From Candidatus Dojkabacteria bacterium (lineage in GTDB: Bacteria > Patescibacteriota > Dojkabacteria > SC72): a stretch of 39,148 nt of DNA. Location of the stretch: contig JBAYNT010000002.1 of the NCBI GenBank assembly GCA_041678645.1, positions 1-39,148 of the forward strand, in the 5' to 3' direction. The position numbers and the translations under genes were made by a program. The notes beneath the pieces are model-generated. The model had not been told where the DNA came from. It saw nothing but the letters and a program-made list of their open reading frames with translations, and ran no database searches. This document shows positions 8,272-16,036 of the stretch, piece by piece. The stretch's first letter is position 1, and each line of letters starts with the position of its first letter.

Positions 8272-8686
8272 GGGGACGTCAGGCTTCGACAGAAGTGAGA
8301 TTCAATACGTTTCAAATCGAGATCATACTCGTTAAAAGAAACACAGATAAGTGTAGAAAATCGTATTAACGCTTTTGTAAGTGGTATTGTTGATACAGTA
8401 AAGAGTGCTTTTGCATCTCCTATGTACAACTACAACTTTGCATAAGTCTAGTCTTTTAAGATTAGTGTCTTTATTACTTCCTCCTACAGAGGTTTTAATA
8501 GACAGTCGTTTGTAGGATATATGCATATTCTTAAATTAGGAGAGGGTATGTATTAAAATAAGTCCTAAGCGTATATACTTTTTGGTTAGTCTTTTAGGTA
8601 TATATGTCTATACAAGATTAACTATGTTTGTACAGAGCGTATGATGATGCTTTTGGACGTGGGTTCGACTCCCACCGTCTCCACCA
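8272..8686 (+). ncRNA. ssrA: tmRNA (SsrA)
   Basis: 5' ggggacgtcaggcttcgaca and 3' ggacgtgggttcgactcccaccgtctccacca form a tRNA-Ala-like acceptor with a G3:U pair (g8274:t8680), a T-arm and encoded CCA. The internal tag frame ends ...SAFASPMYNYNFA with TAA at 8443-8445. Confidence 0.93.
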
Positions 8687-8763
8687 TTAAAAATTTATGA
8701 TTTTTCTATTCGCGCTTTTCTTTGCTCTATTACTTTCATTTTCTTGTCCTCTTTTAAACTCCC

Positions 8764-10125
8764 TTATTTCCTAATTTTCCTCTCAAACCTTTCTCTATAT
8801 CCAAAGAATAGAAAGGCCTGATTAGGCATTTTATATACCCCTAATCCAAAGAAGAGAATTATTACCCCTGTAACTATTATAAGACTGTTAGCAAACACTC
8901 CTGTCTTAGGGAGAGCTTCTTTTGCCACGTCTTTAGTGTCATCTACCGTTGGTGTGGGAGTCACTGGTGGTATTACAGGTGGAGGATCTACAGGAGGTGG
9001 GTCTACGGGTGGAGGATCTACAGGAGGCGGAGGAGAGTATTGCCAAAAAAGACGAGGATAGTCATTACCATCATCTATATACCAGGTACTAGGATTACTA
9101 GAATCAAAATTACTAATACCAAGTATATCCCAACCCTCATCAAAGGTTGACAAAGATTTCATCTCTAATGTTGTCTTACCGGTACCCCCTGCAGAAGTCT
9201 CTACCCCTGCTGTTTGGGTGTCCCAATATGAATGGGTAACTGTTCCCGGCTGATTTTGCCCAATCAATCCTCCCATACTCTCTCCACCTGCACTAATATT
9301 GCCTGTAGAATATGAATTGGTAATAGCTCCAAGAAAATTATCTCCAACCAACCCCCCAACCAGTGAAGACCCACTAACGTCACCATTAGAATATGAATTG
9401 ATAATAGTTCCGTAGAAATTTTGTCCAGTCAATCCTCCAGCGTAACCTCCAGTTGCACTGACAGTACCACTGGAGTATGAGCGATCTATTCTTCCATCAC
9501 TGCTATTATTTCCAACCAGTCCTCCTATCTTATCAACTCCACTAACTACCCCTCTAGAACTTGAAAAGGTAATTGTTCCATTATTACTCCCAACCAACCC
9601 CCCTGCGTTATCTCCTGTTGCATTAATCTCTCCTGTGGAATATGAATTGGTAACTGCACCATTATTACTTCCAATCAGTCCTCCTATGCTGTAAGATCCT
9701 CTAATATTTTCATCTATGAGGCCTAGATTTCGAACAGTTCCAGAGCTCGATCCAAACAAGCCTTGGTTGAATGCAGCCCTGTTAATAAATAAATGGCTTA
9801 TCTTGTGATTACTCCCGTCAAATGTGCCAGTAAAAGGCGCAGAAGCCGTCCCTATTGGTACCCATCCCTCTCCAGTTGTCCATATAGCCTTGTTCGCTAT
9901 ATTCTCATAATGCGAGTCATTTCGAAAATCTAAATCCTTCACTAAGAGATAATCCCCTGCCAAACCGTCTCGTATTGCATATAACTCCTCTAAAGTAGAT
10001 ATTTCTATTGGTGTCTGAGCAGACACCTCGATATCTTTAGAGAACCTTGTCGTTAGAAACAGGCAGAATAACAGTGATAATACAAGAACAAAATATCTTG
10101 AGAAAATTTTAAACGTTTTCGTCAT
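8764..10125 (-). CDS. Secreted GLUG-repeat surface protein with a Pro-rich stalk and an LPXTG (LPKTG) sortase anchor
   Basis: N-terminal signal/TM FKIFSRYFVLVLSLLFCLFL. About six repeats of GGL(V/I)G.N.G.I.NSYS.G. Stalk PPPPVDPPPVDPPPVDPPPVIPPVTPTP. Then LPKTG, the hydrophobic stretch VFANSLIIVTGVIILFFGLGVY and a basic tail. Confidence 0.85.
   Translation of the reverse strand: MTKTFKIFSRYFVLVLSLLFCLFLTTRFSKDIEVSAQTPIEISTLEELYAIRDGLAGDYLLVKDLDFRNDSHYENIANKAIWTTGEGWVPIGTASAPFTGTFDGSNHKISHLFINRAAFNQGLFGSSSGTVRNLGLIDENIRGSYSIGGLIGSNNGAVTNSYSTGEINATGDNAGGLVGSNNGTITFSSSRGVVSGVDKIGGLVGNNSSDGRIDRSYSSGTVSATGGYAGGLTGQNFYGTIINSYSNGDVSGSSLVGGLVGDNFLGAITNSYSTGNISAGGESMGGLIGQNQPGTVTHSYWDTQTAGVETSAGGTGKTTLEMKSLSTFDEGWDILGISNFDSSNPSTWYIDDGNDYPRLFWQYSPPPPVDPPPVDPPPVDPPPVIPPVTPTPTVDDTKDVAKEALPKTGVFANSLIIVTGVIILFFGLGVYKMPNQAFLFFGYRERFERKIRK
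8978..9037. repeat. Tandem 15-bp (30-bp super-unit) repeat encoding (PPPVD)n
   Basis: ggtggaggatctaca / ggaggtgggtctacg / ggtggaggatctaca / ggaggcggaggagag (degenerate), lying inside the GLUG-protein gene. Confidence 0.8.
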
Positions 10126-10209
10126 AATCTATTCTTTCAGAGTTGCTTAATTTAGTCAATTAAGTCTCTGTTGTTAAACACAAAGAGCTATTCTTAAACA
10201 AACAGCCCG

Positions 10210-11061
10210 CTATATCAATTCTGCGCTTCCTAATATTTCATCTATTACTAACAGATCAGCGCTAGTAGCATCATCTGTAGGGCCATAGAAGTAAGCCTCA
10301 TATACATGACCTTCTTCATCGGTGAAATATAGGCCTTCTAGTGTAAGTACTCCCTCTACACAAGGAGGCTCAAAGTAGTTGTTGCCCTCTTTCATATCAT
10401 AGAAATATTTCTCTCCAATTCTTCTAAAAGTAACTCCTAGGAATTCAAACTCAACATACTTTTGGTCTCTGTAATCTACAATATTTAAGGTGTCTCCCAT
10501 CTCATCGCTAGCAGATTGTTGCTCAGCATGGTATGAAGGACTATCATCTTCAAATAGGGCGTAGTTGGGACAACCAACAAATCCTATACCAGATACGGCT
10601 TGTAGGGTAAAAACCTGTTTACTCTTCGGGTTTACAATATCTATTGCTGTAAGACCTTTGTAACTGCCACCCATATCGGGAAGAGACTCTGTGCCCTCAC
10701 CATCAAAGTACTCTACAATACTCCAACCCTTGGGTAATTTGGCAGAGATTACCTCTCCTTCAAACATTGTATATTCATCCTTTGGTTTAGCTGCGATATC
10801 TTCTTCACAGTCCTCATCTCCAACTTCACATACTCCTAGATCTGTATCCTCTTCCTCTGTCTCTTGAGTGTTCTCTTGCTCCTCAGGCTCTTGGAAAAAT
10901 TCTGTATATACAATATATCCACCTAGAATAAGGAATAGGAGGGATAAGACGATCACTAAAATTACTATACCTTTCTTTTTCCCTTTCCCACCTTTTGGCT
11001 CAATATTTTTTGTAGCCTCTGGCCTACTTATGGTAGGGGACTCTGCGTTATTATTCTCCAT
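10210..11061 (-). CDS. Hypothetical N-terminally membrane-anchored protein with an acidic linker and an extracytoplasmic domain
   Basis: Basic patch KGGKGKKKG, TM IVILVIVLSLLFLILGGYIVY, acidic EEQENTQETEEEDTD, four Cys. It overlaps the upstream gene by 11 nt (operon). Confidence 0.6.
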   Translation of the reverse strand: MENNNAESPTISRPEATKNIEPKGGKGKKKGIVILVIVLSLLFLILGGYIVYTEFFQEPEEQENTQETEEEDTDLGVCEVGDEDCEEDIAAKPKDEYTMFEGEVISAKLPKGWSIVEYFDGEGTESLPDMGGSYKGLTAIDIVNPKSKQVFTLQAVSGIGFVGCPNYALFEDDSPSYHAEQQSASDEMGDTLNIVDYRDQKYVEFEFLGVTFRRIGEKYFYDMKEGNNYFEPPCVEGVLTLEGLYFTDEEGHVYEAYFYGPTDDATSADLLVIDEILGSAELI

Positions 11062-11332
11062 CTAAATTATCCTCTAAATTTATATCGCATGCTCTCTCTG
11101 TACATGCTATGACACCGTCATTGCATACACACACATTACAACCATCTCCAGAATCAAAACTCTCTCCGTGTTCATATGACCAGCCCTGATAGGGGCATCT
11201 ATTCAATGTTCTGTTCTGTATCCTATACTCGGAATATACCACATAACTTATTAATCCTAAAAGGATTACACCTAGGGTGATTGATAAACTTAAAAGAAAA
11301 TTTTCTTTGTCTTTCATATAGGTAGAGGCCAA
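11051..11332 (-). CDS. Small membrane-anchored Cys-rich protein with a VWC-like six-Cys motif
   Basis: TM FLLSLSITLGVILLGLISYVVY, then CPYQGWSYEHGESFDSGDGCNVCVCNDGVIACTERAC. The start codon directly abuts the ABC gene stop. Confidence 0.55.
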   Translation of the reverse strand: MASTYMKDKENFLLSLSITLGVILLGLISYVVYSEYRIQNRTLNRCPYQGWSYEHGESFDSGDGCNVCVCNDGVIACTERACDINLEDNLDGE

Positions 11333-13105
11333 TTAATTATCTCCTGTAAACTTAGAATACATTTCATAGTAAAAGCCTTTCTTCTCGATAAGCTGTTGAT
11401 GATTACCTTGCTCAAGGATAGTGTTATCTTTGATAAGAATTATATGATTTGCGTTAAATATGGTACTTAATCTGTGAGCTATTACAAAAGTAGTTTTCCC
11501 TTTGACTGCTTTCTCTATAGCTGTTTGTAACAATTTCTCTGACTTAGTATCTATGCGCGCAGTAGCTTCATCTAAAATCAATATCTTAGGATCTCGAAGA
11601 AGTATTCTAGCTAAGGAGATTATTTGCCTTTGCCCGGAACTCAAGCCAGTCCCTTCACTATCAATTTCTGTTTGTAAGCCCTTAGATAACGAATTGATAA
11701 AAGATTCTACCCCCAAAAATTCAAACATCTCTTTAGCATCTTTCTCTGTAACAGTAGGATTATCATATTTCAGATTATTTAGGATTGTATCTTCAAACAA
11801 GAAAGTATCTTGTATTAGATATCCTATACTTTCTCTTAAAGTATCTAGATCCCAATTCTTAACATCTACATCATCTACCTTTATTTGACCATTCTTAACG
11901 TCATACAGTCGAGCAATGAGGTTTACAAATGTTGTTTTACCACCACCAGTAGGACCAACGATTGCGATTGTTTTGCCAGGATATGCTACAAAGTTTACAT
12001 CTTTTAAAACGACATCGTTCCCGTTATATCCGAAATCAACATCTACAAACTCTACTTTACCCTCTATCTTTTTAGGAGAGTAGGGAACTTCAGGGTTTTT
12101 AATATTACTCTCTAGTTTCAAGATATCATCTAACCTAGAGGCAGCAGCTAATCCAGTTTTAACGTTTCTCCAAATATATGAGACTCTATCTAAATTTCTA
12201 AAGATTTGTTGAGAATAAAGGTTAAAAAGGATTATTGCACCAAGAGTGATAGAACTTGTAGACATTAAACTTAGAGAATAAATTAGGGTAGCTACTACTG
12301 TAATAACGTTCATAAAGGTTAAGAATGTGTCAGCTGTTGAGGATATTACAGCAACTTTTTTAGAGATTTCATAATAGTTATTAGTCAATCTATTAAATTG
12401 AGTGAACCATTTATCTTGTTGATTAGCTGACTGTATTGGGACAAAGCCATCCAAAGTCTCTTGAACTTTGGCACTAACCATACCCTCTTTATTAAGAGAC
12501 TCCTTTATGGGCTTTTCTAAAAATTTTCCTTGTAGAGATATAAATGAAAGGGTAATTGTAGCTGCAATTAAAGAAATCGTTGCAACTCTCCAATCTAAGA
12601 GATACATTGCAATTAAGATACTCGTTAAACTAAAGGTTAACTGCATTATTCGGACAAGTCCCTCTGAGAAGAAGGTGTTTAAGGACTCTACATTACCAGT
12701 AAGACGTTGGATTACATCGCCAGCTTGATTGTCTGATACAAACTGAGTTGGCAGCTCTTGAATTTTGTTAAATACCTCCTCTCGAATATTAAACAAAACT
12801 TTTTGAGAAAGGACCCCAGTTGATCTCACTCTTATGTACTGGCCAATTGCTGTAAGGGCGAGAATCCCCAAAACATACATAAGGATGTTCAGGAGACCGG
12901 AAATATCCCCTTTAAGAATATTCTCGTCTATAGCTATCTGTGCCAGTTTCGGTATGGCTATCGTTGATAGTACGTTAGTCAAAAGCAATGAGAATATCAC
13001 AAGGGCAAAGAGTGGGATGTAAGGCTTAAAGTGCCTGACTAAGAGCGTCAAGCCTTTCTTCGTATTTACTTCTTCTTCTTTGTTTAGATTGTAATCATTA
13101 CTCAT
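11333..13105 (-). CDS. ABC exporter permease/ATPase half-transporter (consensus-site subunit)
   Basis: Six-TM domain plus an NBD: Walker A GPTGGGKTT, signature LSSGQRQ, Walker B ILILDEATA, H-loop IAHRLST. Confidence 0.93.
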   Translation of the reverse strand: MSNDYNLNKEEEVNTKKGLTLLVRHFKPYIPLFALVIFSLLLTNVLSTIAIPKLAQIAIDENILKGDISGLLNILMYVLGILALTAIGQYIRVRSTGVLSQKVLFNIREEVFNKIQELPTQFVSDNQAGDVIQRLTGNVESLNTFFSEGLVRIMQLTFSLTSILIAMYLLDWRVATISLIAATITLSFISLQGKFLEKPIKESLNKEGMVSAKVQETLDGFVPIQSANQQDKWFTQFNRLTNNYYEISKKVAVISSTADTFLTFMNVITVVATLIYSLSLMSTSSITLGAIILFNLYSQQIFRNLDRVSYIWRNVKTGLAAASRLDDILKLESNIKNPEVPYSPKKIEGKVEFVDVDFGYNGNDVVLKDVNFVAYPGKTIAIVGPTGGGKTTFVNLIARLYDVKNGQIKVDDVDVKNWDLDTLRESIGYLIQDTFLFEDTILNNLKYDNPTVTEKDAKEMFEFLGVESFINSLSKGLQTEIDSEGTGLSSGQRQIISLARILLRDPKILILDEATARIDTKSEKLLQTAIEKAVKGKTTFVIAHRLSTIFNANHIILIKDNTILEQGNHQQLIEKKGFYYEMYSKFTGDN

Positions 13106-14807
13106 GGTTTCTTTGTGTTAATTCAATTTCTTGATACAGTATAGAACTTTTAAGTAACTGCTCATGTGTCCCGGACTCAACAATCTCTCCTTCATCAAAT
13201 ATGTATATCTTATCGCAGTCTTTAACAGAGGCTATTTTTTGTGCCACAAGAATTATTGAGATATCTTTATATTCTCTCTTAATATTATCAAAAACCTTAT
13301 TCTCAGTAGAGATATCTAATCTGCTTGTTGCGTCATCAAGTATTAGTAAATCAGGGTTTGGTGCTATGGCCCGCGCAATCATGATTCTCTGTTTCTGACC
13401 TCCGGAAAGATTGTTCCCCCTTTCTCCGACACTACTTTTGTATCCTTTTTCCATCTCCTTGACGAATTCGTCTACCTCAGCGATTTTGGCTGATTTAACA
13501 ATTTCCTTATTAGGGATATTTCTTCCGAACTTAATATTCTCATATATGGTCCCATTAAAAAGGAAGTTCTCCTGGAAGGAGAAGCCTATTAGGTCTCTCA
13601 CATCCTTAATTTGGTAATTTTTGATATCTCTTTCATTTAATAGGATTGTGCCACTTGTTGGCTCTAGGGATCTAAGAAAGGTCTTAAGGAAAATTGTTTT
13701 TCCAGAGCCAGTTAATCCAAGTATACCAATCTTTTGCCCCTTCTTAATCTCAAAGTTTATATTCCTTAAAACGTTTGTGTCATTAATCTTAAGAGAGAGG
13801 TTTCGTACCTCGATACTCTTAAATTCATCTATACTTAATTTCCCATCTTGAAATTTAATAGGAGCATTTAATATATCGTTAATTCTTCGTAAGGAGGCCA
13901 TAGCTTGACCAAGACTTGTTATCATTAATCCGAGCATGAGTAGGGGCATTGTAAAAAGTTGTACATATGCATTAAAAGCGTTGACATCTCCGATGCTCAT
14001 ATTGCCATATATTATTTCTTTCCCACCGAAATAGAGTATGAGTACGGTACCGATGATTGACAAAGAGTTGACTACAGGCATAACTATGGCGAAGATCTTA
14101 TTAATCTTTAACCCTACCTCTCTATTTTTCTCATTTACCACTTCAAATTTCTTGATCTCTGTCTTTTCGGACACGAACACTCTAACAAGCATAGTGGCCT
14201 TTATGTTTTCTCCAATTACCTTATTAAGTCTATCTCGTAATTCTTGGACTTTCTTAAAGAGTTTAAACTTATCTTTAATAGCAAGAATTAATATCCCAAC
14301 TATAGTGGGGGCTGTAATTACTATGATAAGAGCGAGTTGAGAGTTAAGGGAGAACATTAGTATCAGACTTCCAAAGAGGAGGAATATAGCTACCAGAGTA
14401 GTGCCAATTGCCTGTACAAAGGTTCTTTGGATGTATAAAGTGTCGCTATTGATAATGGTTAATAGTTTAGAAGGTTTCTGTTCTACAAGGAAAGAGTAAT
14501 TGTGTTTAAGGAGTTTTTTAAATAGTCTATCTTTTAAATCTTTACCTATTTTCTCTCCAAGTATTGTATTTAGATAGGTATTTAGGTATGTAAAGCCCGT
14601 TCCTACAACGAGTAGTATACCGATTAAGATATACCATTTGTTATCTATACTTTGCGTTACTGTGTACTCATCGATTATTTTAGAGAGAGCAGTTGGAAGG
14701 AGTAGATTTACAGAATTGGCGAGTATTAGAGCTATGATTCCAGCTATTATTAGCAACAAGTACTCTTTTTTTGTCAGGTATTTAGCTAGTGTTTTAAATG
14801 TCTTCAC
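13098..14807 (-). CDS. ABC exporter permease/ATPase half-transporter (degenerate-site subunit)
   Basis: Walker A GLTGSGKT and signature LSGGQKQR. Walker B is LLILDDATS (catalytic Glu to Asp). The switch loop is ILVAQKIAS (His to Gln). 8-nt overlap with the partner gene. Confidence 0.93.
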   Translation of the reverse strand: MKTFKTLAKYLTKKEYLLLIIAGIIALILANSVNLLLPTALSKIIDEYTVTQSIDNKWYILIGILLVVGTGFTYLNTYLNTILGEKIGKDLKDRLFKKLLKHNYSFLVEQKPSKLLTIINSDTLYIQRTFVQAIGTTLVAIFLLFGSLILMFSLNSQLALIIVITAPTIVGILILAIKDKFKLFKKVQELRDRLNKVIGENIKATMLVRVFVSEKTEIKKFEVVNEKNREVGLKINKIFAIVMPVVNSLSIIGTVLILYFGGKEIIYGNMSIGDVNAFNAYVQLFTMPLLMLGLMITSLGQAMASLRRINDILNAPIKFQDGKLSIDEFKSIEVRNLSLKINDTNVLRNINFEIKKGQKIGILGLTGSGKTIFLKTFLRSLEPTSGTILLNERDIKNYQIKDVRDLIGFSFQENFLFNGTIYENIKFGRNIPNKEIVKSAKIAEVDEFVKEMEKGYKSSVGERGNNLSGGQKQRIMIARAIAPNPDLLILDDATSRLDISTENKVFDNIKREYKDISIILVAQKIASVKDCDKIYIFDEGEIVESGTHEQLLKSSILYQEIELTQRNHE

Positions 14808-14869
14808 AGGGAAAGTATATCAGAAAAAGCTATATAGTAGATAAACTTTATTTAGGTGTAATAAGTTTT

Positions 14870-14961
<92 letters not shown>

Positions 14962-15039
14962 ACAGCACCATGTATTATACATTATCTAACACCATATTTT
15001 CCAATTTGTTTTTTATGCTCATCAAAGTTAAAATATAGT

Positions 15040-15909
15040 ATGTATTTAGGAGCACACGTATCATCAGCAGGAGGGATAGAGAACGCAGTTAAGGCTGCTA
15101 AAGAATACAATATAAATAGCATTCAAATGATGCCTACCGCGCCAATGAGATGGGCTACAAAAGAGATAGCGCAAGAAGATATTGAAAAGTTTGTTAATGA
15201 AATAGGGGGCTCCGGATTAAAAAAGATATTAATACATGGAATATATCTAACTAACTTAGCAAGAGAGGACAAAAAGCTCTTCCACTTGGGCAAAGAGGGG
15301 CTAAGAGTATATTTAGACTTTGCAGAAAGAACAGCAGAATTAATAGAGAAGAAAAAGTTAGATTGTGAAATACTTGGGATATGCTTCCATCCAGGCTCTC
15401 AAAAGGAGCTTTCCTTTGAGGACAGTATCGAAAGAATCTCATATGGAATAGATTGGGTACTAGAGAAGGTTAGTGGCAAACAGAAACTTCTAATCGAAAC
15501 TACTGCAGGTACTGGAAACAATTTAGGGAAATCCTTTACGGAATTAAAGAAAATGAGAGATAGAGTAAAAGGCAAGAGTAGAGTAGGTTTCGTAATAGAT
15601 ACACAGCATATGTATGCTGCGGGATACGATTTAGTTAATGATTTAGAGGGGGTAATTGAGGACATGAATAGAGAATTAGGTATAGAGAATGTTAAAGCAG
15701 TACACCTTAATGATTCTAAAATGAAACTCGGCTCAAACAAAGATAGACACGCAAACCTTGGTGAGGGAGAGATAGGCAGAGAGGCGATAAAAAAACTATT
15801 GCACAGGAAGGAATTCAAAAACGTCCCTTTTATACTAGAAACTCCTGCACTTAAAAAAGGTGGAGATATGAGGGCGGAAATAGAGATGTTAAAAAAACTG
15901 GCAAAATAG
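15040..15909 (+). CDS. nfo: Endonuclease IV (AP endonuclease family 2)
   Basis: MYLGAHVSSAGGIENAVKAAKEYNINSIQMM..., HGIYLTNL, HPG, IETTAG, VIDTQHMYAAGYD, HLNDSK...DRHANLGEGEIG and ILETP are Nfo metal-site motifs. The ORF-track start at 14869 lies inside the tRNA gene, so I use the ATG at 15040. Confidence 0.9.
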   Translation: MYLGAHVSSAGGIENAVKAAKEYNINSIQMMPTAPMRWATKEIAQEDIEKFVNEIGGSGLKKILIHGIYLTNLAREDKKLFHLGKEGLRVYLDFAERTAELIEKKKLDCEILGICFHPGSQKELSFEDSIERISYGIDWVLEKVSGKQKLLIETTAGTGNNLGKSFTELKKMRDRVKGKSRVGFVIDTQHMYAAGYDLVNDLEGVIEDMNRELGIENVKAVHLNDSKMKLGSNKDRHANLGEGEIGREAIKKLLHRKEFKNVPFILETPALKKGGDMRAEIEMLKKLAK

Positions 15910-16036
15910 TCTAAGATAGAACTATGAAAGAAAAAACAAAACGAGATATTTGCATAATTAGGGTGCTAACAATGACAGCAATAGGACTTAGTATATTAGC
16001 AATTTCCTGCTTACTATCATTCTCAATTAAATAAAT

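Noticed and set aside
8332-8526. 64-aa minus-strand ORF.
   Set aside because: It lies entirely inside the tmRNA gene.
8978-9037. Short tandem DNA repeats that might suggest a CRISPR or minisatellite locus.
   Set aside because: They are in frame inside a long ORF and encode PPPVD repeats. There is no spacer-repeat architecture, and no CRISPR array was seen anywhere in the window.
11502-14340. Multiple 60-128-aa plus-strand ORFs (11502-11888, 12468-12728, 12834-13022, 13201-13851, 14038-14340).
   Set aside because: All are antisense to the two well-supported ABC transporter genes, with compositions typical of antisense frames in AT-rich DNA.
15924-16034. Unlisted 36-codon ORF (MKEKTKRDICIIRVLTMTAIGLSILAISCLLSFSIK) between nfo and the helicase, ending 2 nt before the helicase ATG.
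   Set aside because: It could be a small membrane peptide. There is no SD, no homology I recognise, and an AT-rich spacer yields such ORFs by chance, so it cannot be supported from sequence alone.
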